Part shown: positions 23,339 to 37,532 of the stretch, in pieces
Numbering within the stretch: position 1 is the stretch's first letter
How the letters are laid out: the number at the start of each line of letters is the position of its first letter
Assembly: GCA_026023565.1 (NCBI GenBank)
Contig: JAPETS010000005.1
Coordinates: forward strand, 868,001-932,000
Direction of reading: 5' to 3'
Length of the DNA: 64,000 nucleotides
From: Cirrosporium novae-zelandiae
Lineage: Eukaryota
Made by a program: the position numbers and the translations under genes
The notes under the pieces: generated by a model
What the model was told of the DNA's origin: nothing
The model's database searches: none
Seen by the model: only the letters and a program-made list of their open reading frames with translations

Positions 23339-24671
23339 TTATTCTGAGATGACGTTGGCTCCCAATCTAGGGACCCAGCGATCCCTTGAAAGCTCAATGG
23401 TGTAGGCCATATACGAGAGCCAAATGTATTTCTGCTTAATTTGGGATCCAAAATATAGGGAATCCAAATTACCTATGGCGCCCTTGAAGATGGGTGACTG
23501 GAACACGTTGGATGAGAGTTCCCGGGTCTTGTAGTCGAATATGGCTTTGCATTCTGGACATAGCCGTTTTTCGATATGGTTTAGTTTGAGCGATCTGAGA
23601 CCGGCTAGGTATGAGAATGGCCATATGATGGTTGATAACAGCATGCAGATTTCTGAGATATCTAAGCAGCATCTAGTTGCGACGACTGGTGGGTCTGGAC
23701 GGTGACTGCTCCAGTGGGTCCAGCATAAGTTTAAGGTAATAAAGCGCATTCTATGTCTGCTTGTGATAATTTTGACCGGGGTTATCACTTCTTCGATTTC
23801 CCTGTAAGCAATATTTCGGACCTTGCCGAGAGGTTCAGTGCAAAGTCGTATCGCCGCAGAAGAGCCTCTTGGGTATTGAAGCCTTGTGCTAGGCCTTGTG
23901 TTATACATTATGCCAGGAAAAGTATAGATGTCCCTAAAATCTCCTACCGCGAAGGACTGGTGCCTCTGCGTTTTGGATAAGAATGAGGACACATCATAGT
24001 ACCCCTCAATGGAGCAGTTACCAACAGGTGGGTCCGGCATTGGTGTAACGGGGGCAGACTTTAGATAGAAAATAAATTGGAACTCGGCGCGACCAAAGAA
24101 GACTTTGGCCGCTTCATCACTCACTTGGCGATTCACGCAAAGAATGCTGGAAAGGTAGGAATGGCCTTTTGGCTCGTTGCTGGGGCTAGATGTAACCACT
24201 ATGACGGGGCGTCCTTCACCATTAACGTGAACACCATCAAACAAATAGTAATGGTATATAATATCGCGGAGCTCGAGGGGTAGTTCGAATAGGCGGTAAA
24301 AGAAAGGCACTCTCCGCGGTTTGAGAGGCTGTTTTTCGTGAAAAGCTTCGATCGACATGGGGGCATTCCTAAGGTTCTGGATAGGTTCCCATGTATATTT
24401 TGGTTTCGAAAATTTCCATTTTACCCGGTACTCGAGTACGAAATCCCGCACGCGTGAATTAATAATTGCAGCTATTTGGTATTCCCGTTCCCCAGCTAGA
24501 TGTGTCCAATAGATCAGTAGTAGTTCCAAGGAACGGAGAGGTTAGCTCACGTTTGCTACCAGTAGCCTTGGCTGAGATAGTAGTCTTTCTGGTAATTCCA
24601 TGGGCGTTGGCGCGACCTCCATTAGCTGCTTTGCCAGCGGCTTTTTTCTTTGTCTTCCTAACAAATCCCAT
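23339..24671 (-). CDS. Chromodomain + F-box-like protein (2 exons)
   Basis: Basic NLS-like exon 1 (MGFVRKTKKKAAGK), an in-frame intron at 24496-24550, then the chromodomain EYQIAAIINSR..LEYRVKWK..YTWEPIQNL and the F-box-like LFELPLELRDIIYHY. Confidence 0.75.
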
Positions 24672-25282
24672 TTCTTCCCGAGTGTTAGAACCTAGGCTTC
24701 TAATGTACATGCAGGGTTAAAATACCTGGGTCTTGGCTTACCTAGCTTTTGGATCTGCAGGGTCTCTTGATGGCTACAGTAGGAGGAGAGTTGTAAATAT
24801 TCAACCAAGGAATGTACTGAGTACCAGAAATGTGGTGGATAAGTAAGTCTTTTCTAAGTTCAAAGTCAGTGAAAAGCATTAAATAGACGGTTCAACATGG
24901 ATAGTTTTTTATTGTTATTGTGGAATGCATGTGCAGGGGATAATGTAAACGATCGCACAGATCTACTTACCTCTTATTGATTATCGATGGAGTATGCGGA
25001 GCCTAGCATGGCTGGAACTGAAAGTTCAGAGTGAGTGAGATGAATTTATAAAAGACCGTTGTATGTGTTGGCTGGAAAAAAAAATTAGGTAGCTACGGCT
25101 CTGCCCGAAAGTGATGTGATGATGAAGTATTGCCGACCGAGGCTTTGAGAGAAATCCTTATCATTCTTGTTAATACCACTCCCAATTGATGACCATTATT
25201 TACTAAGCTCAAGTTCTATTGGAGTAAGATAGTATCTCTATTAGCGAAACACCTGGCTACGATTAAGGAGATATATTGAATC

Positions 25283-27669
25283 ATGCCTCTCTCCCCTCTC
25301 CTCTGGAGTTGGCTCGCCGTAATCCCAGCCTTAATCACAAAAAATAAACACAGACGCCCAGACTTTTCCATGCCTTCATGCCACGGGGTCGACATCGAAG
25401 AGCTCTCAATACAACAATTGGGCCAACATCTTCAAGCTGGGACATTCACTTCCAGGGAGCTAACCGAGTGCTATCTCAAGAGAATCCACCAGCTTAATCC
25501 ATATACTAGGTTCGTGTTTGAGTCTCAAATACGGTGTAGCATGGCAGCTACCTGAGCTTGAACATATTCAATTGTTGACTCTTGAATCCTGGCAACCAGA
25601 ACGGTCATTGAGATGAATCCCGACGCATTAGAAATAGCGGATGCGATGGACGAAGAAAGAGAGCAGGGAAAGGTTAGGGGGGCTATCCACGGAATACCGT
25701 TTCTGGTTAAGGATGTATGTATCCTAGTTATGCTTCTGGGGTTTTATGATATCCCTTGGATCTCCTTATACCAAGAAATTATGGTTCTATATACCCCTTT
25801 CTAATTGGTATTGTAGAACATGGCTACGAAAGACAAAATGCAGACGACTGCCGGTTCCTCAGGTATACTTCTGTCTTTAACGAGTGTTTTATCTGTCTGT
25901 CTAGAGACCTATTCTCATATCATATATACACTTTTGTTGCTGCCCTTACTGATGATAATCATTATTTAGTGCTTATTGGAACGACAGTTTCAGAAGATGC
26001 TCACATCGTTATGCTTTTACGAGCAGCAGGTGCTGTTCTTTTAGGGCATGCTAATCTCTCCGAATGGGCTTCGATGAGAGCGAGCTACTAGTATTTTACC
26101 GACTCCCTTATCCTACACGAGCTTTTGTATAAATCTTTTGATACATCATACTGACAGGTATAAGCTCAGAAGGTTATTCTTCGCGCGGAGGGCAATGCCG
26201 GAATCCATATAATCTTGCCCACCATCCTGGTGGGTCTAGCTGTGGAAGTGCCGGTGCCGTAGCCACCAATATGTGTGCATTTAGTTTGGGAACCGAGACG
26301 GACGGAAGCGTGAGCTTTCTACACTTCCACAACAAACAATCAAACAACCAGGCTTATTCATTTTCTGCAGGTCATATTTCCTGCTGATAGAAATGGGATT
26401 GTAGGAATTAAAGCTACAGTGGGCTCGATTTCCTGCGACGGTATCATTCCTGAGTCTAGTAGCCTTGACGCCGTTGGAACGTTTGGAAGGAGGGTGGTAG
26501 ATGCAGCAATTGCTTTGGATGTGATTTATGGTAATGGACAGTTTGCCGTGTTCATCAATCTTATGCTAATAGAGATTGTAACTCAAGATGAGAAAGTAAG
26601 CCATCGTGAGCGGCCTTCCTCAAAATCCATTATATCAGCAGTAAGTAGCAGAGAAGCACTCAATGGGGCCACGTTCGGTTTGCCGTGGAAAAGAGTTTGG
26701 GAGACCGCAAGCAAATCCCATAAACACAAATTAGAATACGACATATTAAAGATGGTGGTAACTCGCATCAGGGAGGCAGGTGCAGAAGTAATCGAAAGCG
26801 TAGATTTCCCAAGCGCCGATGAAATCATACCCCCAGCAGGCTGGGATTGGTAAGACCCCCCTCCTTTATTTACATAGCAGAGAGCTTTTAGCTAATTGAT
26901 GCTTCTTGCGATAGGGACTTCGAGACTAGAAAGGGCCATCCAGAACACTCCGAATTCACAGTTGTCAAAACCGAATTTTATAACGGCTTGAAGACCTATC
27001 TAGCAGGGTTGTCCACCAATCCCCATCATATCACGAGCCTAGAAGACATCATGAGGTATAATGTAGATCACACAACCCACGAAGGTGGCATTCCGGGTAC
27101 GCATCCTGCATGGCCCACCGGTCAGGACAACTTCGAGAAGAGCATGAAGTCCAGGGGTGTTGAAGACGAAACATATCGGAAAGCCTTGGAGTATATTCGG
27201 CGGAAAGCGAGAGAGGAGGGAATCGATACGGCAATGTCTTCAGAGGGAAGAGAGCTCGATGGACTACTGGTGCCGATTCAGGCTGAAGACGGTGTTGCTG
27301 TCCAGGTGGCTGCGAAAGCTGGTATTTTCATACTACCTTGCGAAAGAGAGACTATGGCTTAGTTTATCGTCCCTGAAAATATTCTGACTGCTCACAGGGT
27401 ATCCGATGATCACCATTCCAGTTGGTGTTAATCATAATGGTGAGTGCCTCCGTCCCCCAGATCGAAACTGTTTCTAGCAGAAGCAGGCTAATTGCTCTTC
27501 CTCGTGATGATTAGGGGTTCCTTTTGGACTAGGAATCATGCAGTCAGCGTGGAAGGAACGGGAATTGGTAAAATACAGTTCCGCTATCGAGGATTTGATT
27601 TCTGGAAGAAAGAAACCGAATTTTCTCAATCCCGATGCGAAGAATTACATGTATGTTGGAGTTCGGTGA
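25283..27669 (+). CDS. Amidase signature family enzyme (multi-exon)
   Basis: IHGIPFLVKD (catalytic Lys), GAVLLGHANLSEWA, PGGSSCGSA, LGTETDGS, GYPMITIPVG, VPFGLG; about 9 introns. Confidence 0.92.
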
Positions 27670-28539
27670 GCCAGATAACCAATAAAGCGGTCATGAGATC
27701 AGTTGTAGGATGCAAGGTTTCGATGGAGGATAGCCTTTCCCCTCAAGTTGAACCGCATTTCACCTCTTGTATTCTCTTTGTGATATTTATTTCGGGGCCG
27801 AGAAAAGTTTTGTACTTTTACGACTGGGAATGTTGAGTTACGCACTGCACCATGCTCTCAATATAACATGCAATACTAGGTTACTCAGTAACCCAGCTAG
27901 TCACCTTTTGATAATTCAACGTGGAACACGTTATGCGCCATATGTAAAGCTGAAGATTAATGACACTATCTGATATAATCCAGTAAAAACGTCACAGTCT
28001 CAGTCTCTACTACCATTAAGGAATCCCTATATTCTTGAGCCCTACCCAAGAAATATCGCACTTTCATTTCCCCCCACCTGTCCCTCCCTTGCTCTGGGAT
28101 CCCACATACCTACCGACCTCGATGTCCTGCCCTCTCCCGAGAATAATACAGTACACACGCAAATATCATCTCACTCACTAACTAATCAAAAAGCGTTAAC
28201 TTACTCATTCCACCACACTCACTTCATATATCATATCAAATACACAAGGTTCCTCACCAAATAAACTCATTCACCTTTTAATAAACTCGACCGGAAAAAA
28301 AAGGAAAAAAAAATTGAGATTCAGGGGGGGGGGGGGTAGGTTTTGATATCGGTAGTTCGGTGAAATCTACGCTACAGTAAAATAGGGAAATAGGGATAGG
28401 GATGTGAGGAACAGGGATGTGAGGGGAGAGCTAGAGGACGAAGATAATAGTGATAGTGATAATACTATTAAAAACCCTGACCAAACGGGCTTTTACACCC
28501 CCAAATTCTTAGTTCCCACGACCGCTATCTAGATTCCTT

Positions 28540-28587
28540 CTACTACTGCTACTACTAATACTACTGCTGCTGCTGCTACTACTACTA
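28540..28587. repeat. (CTA/CTG)n microsatellite
   Basis: Imperfect trinucleotide run. Confidence 0.8.
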
Positions 28588-29623
28588 CACCGCCATCTCG
28601 CGCTGTTTGACGACTACAGCTAGATCTTGCCCCCTGTTCCAGCATTCAGAATTAAATCAACACATCCAAATACCTATCTAAATTTTCCTCTAGCGGGAGG
28701 GGCCACATGATGGTGTGGAAGTAAGTCCTTCTTCTTAACTGGTTGATATCTTATCTTTGATTGGTTTGTAGATCCTAGGGTGGGTGGGTGAGTAGGTAGG
28801 CTAGGCTAAGTTAAGCTAGGTGGAACTGGATTTGGTAATTCTAACGGGGGGGAGGGGTGAGGTTGATTCAGTAGAGTATTTTGAGACTACAAAAAAAATC
28901 TCCTTTTCCTTCTCCTTTTCTTTTTCCTTTGACTTGAGTGTTGAATAGAAATGTAAAGCTAGGGAAGGGGAGATAGAGTTGTTAGGAGGGTTGGAGTAAG
29001 GGTTATTTTATTTTTATCGAATGTAGGAGGGAAAAAATAAGAGGAATGGAGAAAGATGAAGAAGAAGAAGTATGTCCCGTTATTTATATTTATATAGTAG
29101 ACGAAGCCTGGGACGTTATGGTGGGCTGGAGCTATACATTTTGAAGGTTATAGTATTTTGTTTTTTTTTTTTCAAATTCATCCCCACGTCCCACATTCCG
29201 CATATCATCATTAACCGCATGTCATTATTAACGTGAAAAGGTTGAAAAAAAAGGTTCGAGATTTTCAGCTGTGGGTATGATGATTTTGGGGGGATCTAGG
29301 GGACCTGGAGTGGTAAAAGTGAAAAGGGGTCTTTAGATCGCTAGTAGGGAAAAGGGCTGGGGGGTGAAGGGGGGTGCTTCTCTCTCGAATTATTAAGGCA
29401 ATACAACGAGTAGGTAAGGATGATATGATATAATCATGGCTGGAAAAAAAATAGAGTTATATTTTCCTATATATAATAAGGAAAGATGGTCTGTATTTAT
29501 AAGACAGGAAGGGAGTAATCTAGCACAAGCACAATCGAAGACCTATCGGTTGGCTGGCTTTGTGGAATATCTAATTAGTTAAATAATCCAACCCCCCCCC
29601 CAACGCTCCCCAAAACTGGCACT

Positions 29624-29655
29624 GGAAGAAGAAGAAGAAGAAGAAGAAGAAGAAG
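29624..29655. repeat. (GAA)n microsatellite
   Basis: About 10 GAA units. Confidence 0.9.
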
Positions 29656-30894
29656 CCATAAATTCCCCCAAAAGGATACTAAAAATCCAACAATCCTATC
29701 ACGATATTCTTTCATCACCTCCATTGCGATATCTAAGCCGACTGCCATCTCATTCCATAACCGCGACCCCCTTTCAACACGCTAACATTTTTTTTTTCAT
29801 GAAAATGTGAATGGGATAGCACGGCTTGCGAAATCATCGATATCGGTGGTCATGTTTCTTTTGATGGTAGGTAGATGAGTAGGTGCGTGGATGTGATGGT
29901 TGGTTTGAGGGGGGGTTATTCAATAGTTGGGATATCTGTCCAACATAGATAGGTCTATAGCTTCCTAGTGTGTATCTGTGAGTGGGTATCTCCACCATGC
30001 ATAAATTCTTCCCTCGAGCGGCTAGGATAATCGCTACGAAATTAGATTGCTTTTTTGCATGGGCTTTGCTTTCATATCCCTTCTGCTGCCAGAGATATAA
30101 GGGAGGACCAAGTCAGGGATTCATTGTTGAAAGACAATTGTAACTTCTTTCGTAATAAACTATAAAAATTGCTTAACTTCCGTTTCGTATCGAAATTATA
30201 GTTCTTAGTGTGCTGAGGTGCTGGATTGGGTTCATATGCTGATGAAAAGGTGGTTGGTAGGTGGACATGGTTGATGATGATTCATTTTATTGTCCGCATG
30301 TCGCCTTCAGGCTATAGCGGACATTGGTGGACATAGTTAAATTTATTTCATCTGATCGACTAACAATTGAAGAGTCGACTAACCAAGTGCACACAGCTGA
30401 GTAGTCTCTGGTGACAAATAAGTATCCTCCTACGCATAGTCGTTCAACTTTAGAGGCTGTTATCCATAAACTGTTGATCTCTCTTAACTTTTGGTGTCTG
30501 ATGCTTGCGCTTATTGGCACGCCACATGGTAGCAACCTAAAGTTGGTTGGTTTGTTGATAGAGGTATTTCCTATGGCACAACCAGGTTATATATTAAAAT
30601 ATTGGCCATCCGCTATCCACTAGTGGATGGCCATATCCGTTGGCTTAGAGGTTAAAAGTATTAGCCTGCCTCTAACAGGATTGTGGTTCCCGATACAGCA
30701 GTAAATATCATGCATTTTCAATGGTATTCCATGACCATAGGTGGCTGGTTGCATTGATGGGAATGAAGAAGAAAAAACGTTGTATGCTTAACCATAGTTC
30801 GTCGTGTCCATATTTCGAAGATTCTGAAGGACCAAAATTCGTGTAGGAACTGATCAGCGTACAGTATCTAAAGAATTCCTCGGTAGTTCCTTTT

Positions 30895-33800
30895 TTACTC
30901 TCTTTTAGCGACGCCGATATCGATTCCAAATCGTCTACTATCAATTTGCTCTCCATTACCGAGGACTTTGAATGGCCACCACCCTAGGGTTATCAAATGG
31001 CCATCCCAAATTCCGACCAAATCCTCGCTTTTCACGGCTTCAGGAGAAGACGCCTCCAGCGTCGCTCTTGCAATCCAAACCATCTCACTTCCGGCCAATA
31101 AGCTAACCTGCGCACCAATCGAGTTCGGTGCCTTTGTAATAATAGCTTTTGTATCTACTCCAAGAGCCACAACCGCAACACAGATTAAGATCGTTCCCAG
31201 AAGTGCTTGAATGGCCACTGTTGCCCAAAAGGTTTGAATCACACGAGAGGATGTGGCGTTGATGGTAGCAGTAATGTTGGATTGTGGTTCGGGGTCGACG
31301 TATGGTCGAGCAAGGTTGATCATTTGAGAAGCGCAGTGTTGAATTACCTTACCGCCTGCTTTAGCTAGGACTGGGGGAGAGAGGAAGTCTGCCATGTTCA
31401 AGGTTGGATTCTCGGATACCATGACATGAAAGATAGGGTCCATTTCATCGAGATTCCAGAGAGCTGCAAAACCATAATGGAGACTAGTCCAATTGCGGAC
31501 TGTGTCTTTATACTCGATTTTCTCAATATGTGTAATCGAGGTAGGTTCATAGGACGTAATTGCTAGGGGTAGTGTTTTTGGAACCCCAAATTCAATTCTT
31601 ATCGGTCTCTGCACTGTTATGTTGACTTCTACAGCTCTAAAGTCAAGCATACAGGAGAAACTTGAAACGTTAGTCACATTCACATAAGAGTTATAAAGCC
31701 ACGGAGGCGATCCACTTGAATTATCAATAACATTGGTTTCGATAACTTCAGCGAGAACAAAATCTGTCACGTTAATTTTTGCATCTGATTCCTGCACATC
31801 CGATCCTATGTCGAAATCCACAGAGCCCTCGTTCCTAAACCAGTGAATTTGGCCATCCGATGATGTCCCATTAAACATATCGGTCAAAGGAGCATTTGGA
31901 CAATCTGTCATATTGTTCTTGCAAAAGGCATACGGCACCTCGTCACTGTATCCGCCACCGCCCATTTTCCACGCATAGTCGTTCGTATCAAAAGTTTGGC
32001 AAATCGGAATTGCCTGAACAGCAGGAATCCGAAGATGGGCCTTGGCTCCAGATGACAAAATTTCGTTACTCTGCTGATCTGGAATAACATCGGAGAAATT
32101 GCTGAAAATAAGACCATCCATCAATCCCACAGGGCCGTAAGCCGAGTACATTTCTGATTGAGCAAACTGCACCATAACCCCAGCCTTTAACCGTAGCAGC
32201 AAATCTTGTGAGTTGGTAAGGTTTCGGGTTGCTAAGCGGTAAGTATCCAAATTATTTGTCAGACTGATGTCCGTCATTATTTCCGTTTGTATGTTTATAG
32301 GCCTTAGTTCGTCTACGAAGAGCGCTGCCGCGAGGATCTTTGTAGCCGGTAAGAGAAATATGAGAACTGAACTTGCAAAGAGGAGGGGGCTTCGTGCAGT
32401 CTTTAGGGAGTGATAACCGATAGTGAAGACCGAATGATTTATCGGATTGAACTTGTGTCCCGGAGCAGAAGACCGCTGCATGTTGATATAGGGCTGGATA
32501 CCTTGAACAGCGCTATCAGTGGCATTTGTTGCGTATCCTATAATTACGAGTAAAGTCGACGGGATATATAGCCAAGCAAAGGATTCTACTTCGTCATTCA
32601 GCCCAAATCCATTAGTTTCTACGTTTTTCTTCCACAAAGCTCCAAGGGTAGCTATCATAGCTGCTAAAGAGACCAGAAGAGCAATTCGCGAAGCCAAGAG
32701 GAGGATAAAAGGGCTGTAGGCCTTTGCCCGCGTTTCTTTGGCTTGGACATCTGAGAGATATTTTGGTAATTCCTAACATCCAATAACATAAATATGAGCC
32801 GCAGTGTTTGAATAGATCCGGTCAAAAGGCAATCGTGGGTGTTACTCACAGTGGATTCTGCTAAAGGATGTCGAACAAGAATAGCCGTTCCATTAGGTCC
32901 CCGTGCTGTTTTTACCAGCGCCCCTCTTAGATGTCTTCTGAGACTTTTCTCATCTAGCTCGCCTGTTTGCACTAAAGCCATCTCAAGGGCGGTACTTCTA
33001 GCTGTTGTTAAAGCAGTAGCTTCGATTGTTCCAGGATCAGATTGCAAGTCGGTCTTCGGCCGGAGAAAGGTTCCACAAAGAAGAGTCACAATAGCGAGAG
33101 AAATGAAAAGCCCCTGCAAAGTTCGGAGTGATGGCTGCCTAGTTCTCAGTACTTGGGTGGATGTGATTAACCATCCCTTGATATTGGAATCATTAGTGTT
33201 CACGCGATACTCCTTGTTGACAATTTGAGCCAGAAGCTTTTGCAACGTAGTTGCAGTATCGCTCGCTAGTATGGTGATATTTGAGGCGTACTCCTGCAAT
33301 CGGGTTTCATCCCCTCTTGATAGTAGAGAAAAAAAGGGATCTAAATCAAGGCCGCCCCAACGATTAACCAATCGCGGTACTCCAGGGTAATAGTTATTGT
33401 ACATTGTTGAATCGGGAGCATAGTAATTGACAAGTGTATGTGATAGTGGATGTTCCAGAAAGGCCTCCACTGGGAATAGTGTACCGTCGTTGAAAAATAT
33501 AGGACCAGTGTTACTCAGAGACAAATATTTATTAATCTTAAGGACGATAGATTCTGGATTCTTGATTTCGATATTCTGAGTTGAGTTTGCCCTGTCACTG
33601 ATACTGATGATACTAGCAGTTTGGGGATCCACCTTCACTTGCAAATCTTGCATTCGGAAACCAATCTTGCAAATCAAGCCCGAAATTTCCAAACTAGATT
33701 TGTTCAAGTCAGGCAGAATCCCATCAGGGGGCTGGTAAACAGCCATGGTTAATCGGAGGTCTGATTCAGCGTTCATGCCACAGTTGCTTGATGGGGTACA

Positions 33801-35244
33801 GTACTCTCCACCACAATTCCCGCCATTCTTGATCACCTCATCGGTACATGGTTGATAATAACATGATTTCTGGGGGCATTTCCACTGGCCACAGGTTGTG
33901 TAATTCATCCAAGCAGTCAAGTTGGATTGAACGAGCGCGGCTTGTGGATAGTCTCTTTGAAATATATTACAATTGGCTTTTGCGAGGTCGGTCTCATTTG
34001 GACGAAGTGAAACTAGAATAAGAGGACCATCGTAATCTGAGCCGACTTTCTCCGCGCTTGTTTTATGGTAAGTGACAGGATCACAGGTAACGTCTGTTGT
34101 AAATGCCCCCACAACGGCAGTGATGGTATGATTTGTATTATCATCTGCAGTAGCTTTTTCAAAATCGGCACGGGAAAGATTGAAGGATTCTAGTGCATAC
34201 TCTGAGGTGGTCCAATGTGGCATCGCGTAGTCCATGGCATCGACGCCCATAAAAGCTAGGAAGGAGTTCGAATCAAACATTGTTTCATTCCCAGTCAAAG
34301 AATCATTGACAACCAACTTTGAAGTCTGAATAAAGGATTGCTTCGAGGAAACAGATCGTAGTTGAGGGTCCAGAAAAAATAAGTAATTAGCAAATGGTGT
34401 TGATGCAACGCATAAGAACGACCCAAGAAATCCCAAAAAAATACCATAGTGACGTCTTCGCAAAGATCGATAAAGACTCATGATAGCCATGCTATCGATA
34501 TAATTGACATCAACCAAAGCATCTTCTGCCTTGGCCCAACAACCCCCTGCCATTATCGACCAAGGACCAACTTTCTTCAGGTCTCTGAGAATCATCTCCC
34601 ACAAAAACGCTAAGAATACGGCGATAATTGTTGGAAGATATCGGGCCAAGTTATAAATTGAGTTAGGGGCATGAAACCCGTGAAACTTTTGATCGAAATG
34701 ATCTAATATCTCAAGGACAACGATTAGGGCAATAAAGACGGCACAAAGAGTCAGAGTAGCTGGTAGACGAAGCATCGGAGGGACCCATTCTTTATACTTG
34801 TGAGATTGATGGCCAATTTCAAAATCACTCGCAGATATGCTCTTCCTGTGCATTAACAAAGATTGAAATGGCCCATCTGATCTTGAATTGACTGCTTCTT
34901 CTTTGAGGATATTTACTTGCGTTTGGGATTCACTTCCTACTGAGGACAAAGGTAATAATGGTATTTCCTCATACCGTTGTCCATCGGTTGTTGAATGACC
35001 CTTGCTACCGGTATCATGTATGCCTGCGGCGGACCTAGTGGACGTCTCTCCTAGTTACCCACTTGAGTAACATGGTTATAATAAAGCTAGCCAAACACTT
35101 ACTGATTAATTCCGGTTCTGATCTGGAAATATTTGCGGCATCCTCCTGTTTCTCCCGATGTGACGTATCAAAGATCGAGATACCATTGGCAAGCTCTCTT
35201 GAATGATTGTTGCTATGAGCTGACAGACGGAATCGTCCATCCAT
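30895..35244 (-). CDS. Large fungal multi-pass membrane protein, DUF3433-like (two internal repeats, 3 exons)
   Basis: Two copies of the module YLPTIIAV..W..DLKKVGPW / YIPSTLLV..DSAVQGIQPY, each followed by a glycosylated luminal region and a TM-(D/A)P.(T/S)I motif. Ends RRFGIDIG. Confidence 0.75.
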
Positions 35245-37267
35245 AACGGAAAATTGAAAATAAGAAACAGCAATTCATATATTTAGGTAAAAACATTAAT
35301 ATGAACACAATCAGTGGTTAAGCAATTCCGGAAAACCTACAAAGAATATAATGGGACTATATATGGAGGGTAACTCAAGATGAAACTAAATCCTACGCCA
35401 AGTGATGAGCTGAGCCTCGCATAAAGATTGTTGTACTGTACTGTTGAATCCTTGTTTGAATGAAGCATGGCAAACCCGCCTTCATTAGTGGGGTGTAGCG
35501 CCATCTTCTACTTTCTTCCACTAAGAACTTCTCAGACAGAGGATGGAAATGCGATGGAAAGGATGGAGCATTTCCTTCATCCAGCCGCCTACAAGTAGCA
35601 CAAGACTTCAAGATTAAGGTGGCTATGGCGGCCGCCAAGGTTGTACCAAGAATCATGTTGGCCTGTTTGAACTGTAGAGCCAACCGGGACTAGAATCCTT
35701 CATGTTGACAGTGGGTATCGTATCCAAGGCGGGGTTGGCTGGCGCCTTGAAGATATAATTCGAAAAAGGAAAGATCTGTTAACTAGTTAGAAAGTTAATA
35801 GGCATGAATAATTATTCCTTGCTTGTTTTCATATTAAAGATGTTAGGGATGAAGTGAAGATTAGCTACCGAGAATCTGTCTAAAGATCGGCGTAGTTATT
35901 ACATAATCAAGGCGTTTCTTACCTACCCCTAATTGATATTTCCGCTTGTCCCGCTACATTGGATAGCACTCCACGAAGAAGGAATTGCTTTAGTGACAGT
36001 ATAAAGGTGAAGCCCTGCTTCTGCCTGTTAGAGCTTACTTGCCTGGTCTTTGCAACGACCCAGGGGCAATATGATCTGTGCTTGAGAAATCATCAAAGTA
36101 ATGCTAGAATATTTCCCCTTGGGTTTCTTGAGGGGAGCTTTCGAAAGAAGAGGACTATCGAGAGGCAACCTTAGCAATATGGGGTTAGGATAAGCGGATA
36201 ATACTGACATTGTGAACCTTAGTATCCATGGCTTGAGTGGCAAGGATGCATGATTCTCCTGTGTTCCTTCAAGTGTCCCCCATTGTTCCAGTCCTGAGGT
36301 GCTCCCCAAAGGTCGACTAGTCTTCGTTTAAGTGTTCTTCCTATGTGAGAATAGGGGGACTGGGCCTTTTTAAGGCCAGCATAACAGTATGCAAGGTATG
36401 AATCGGACAACTCACATCCATGGTGGTTTCCTTTAACAACCCCTTCATCGGAGATGGTATGAAAAATGGTACTGAGTTGTTGTTTGCTGTGAAACAAAGA
36501 ATAAACAATTTTTGTGGTTATTGATAAAAGTTATGGATGGAAAAAGGAAAGAGAACAGATTCGATTCAAGAGATTCGCAGAGATTCAAATGCCCATATGG
36601 AATGGATTTCCGCCAACACTGATGCATTTAACATGATATCTCATAACTTACAGTTATGGTATCTCCTATCTAGAACATCGGGTAGTGATCATGACATTAG
36701 GTAATGTGACTTTGAATCTTATCTTGCCCCAATGGTAAATGTCTTAGTACAGACTTTATCCATGCCTCTCCTCAAGGCGCCTTGTGATTCTCACTCCGCA
36801 TAAGACTTTTCTAACCCTGTACCGGCATACTTCATGTTATCGGAGTGCTAGAATACTGAAGTTGCGGACGCATTAGAACATTACTGCTACTATAGTGGTG
36901 TCTGCTGTGATAGAACAAGCATATCCTAAAGGAAAGCTCAGAGAGAGATGGGGTGGATCTTGCAACACTGTCCGAAATGAATTTCTTGTTGTTAATAGGA
37001 GAAAGTTGAGGAATCTAACCTTTGGGCGCTTGTTAACTGTCAGGATCAGAACGCGTGACAGGGACAATATGAAGAAGAATGGGAGGAGGAAGGGGGGGGG
37101 GGGATGGATAGAGTAAAAGAGTACTGTCAATAGAACTATCCTAATACCAATCAGAACCACCCGTCCACTCACCGCATTACCTCCCAACCATCCAACAAGA
37201 ATCCCCCCAACGCCCCCAATGCCTCTCAGCCACCCTTTAAATATTAGATTAACTTTAGAATTATTCA

Positions 37268-37532
37268 ACGAGAGACCACCATGGCTCAGTGGTAAACCGT
37301 TCAGTACTCCCGGCGCATTTCAGAGTCAGGACAAAGGAGTACTGCGACCGACGACAACCACCCCCCGAGTTCGAATCCGACTGTCGACATCCACAACATG
37401 ACCGATGGGGGATTAAATGGTAAGGGAGGTCGAAGAACAACCCTCTCAGGATGAGCAGGTCTGAGGTGGGTGGGTTTTCATAAGATATCACAACGTTAGG
37501 GTTGGGGGTATCTAAACTCTTTGGTGTTTTTT
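37268..37532 (+). ncRNA. Putative Pol III-transcribed structured ncRNA (or tRNA-derived SINE), identity unknown
   Basis: A box TGGCTCAGTGG (37282-37292), B box GAGTTCGAATCC (37367-37378), upstream TTTAAATA (~37235), T6 terminator at 37527-37532 and four hairpins. No tRNA cloverleaf can be built. Confidence 0.55.

Noticed and set aside
28000..29950. Spliced ncRNA or snoRNA host (GTAAGT..TAG at ~28721-28771)
   Set aside because: It is a single intron-like signal in low-complexity DNA with no convincing C/D or H/ACA boxes.
37275..37390. Intron-containing tRNA gene
   Set aside because: A and B boxes are present, but no acceptor stem, D stem or T stem can be paired. Reported as an unknown Pol III unit instead.
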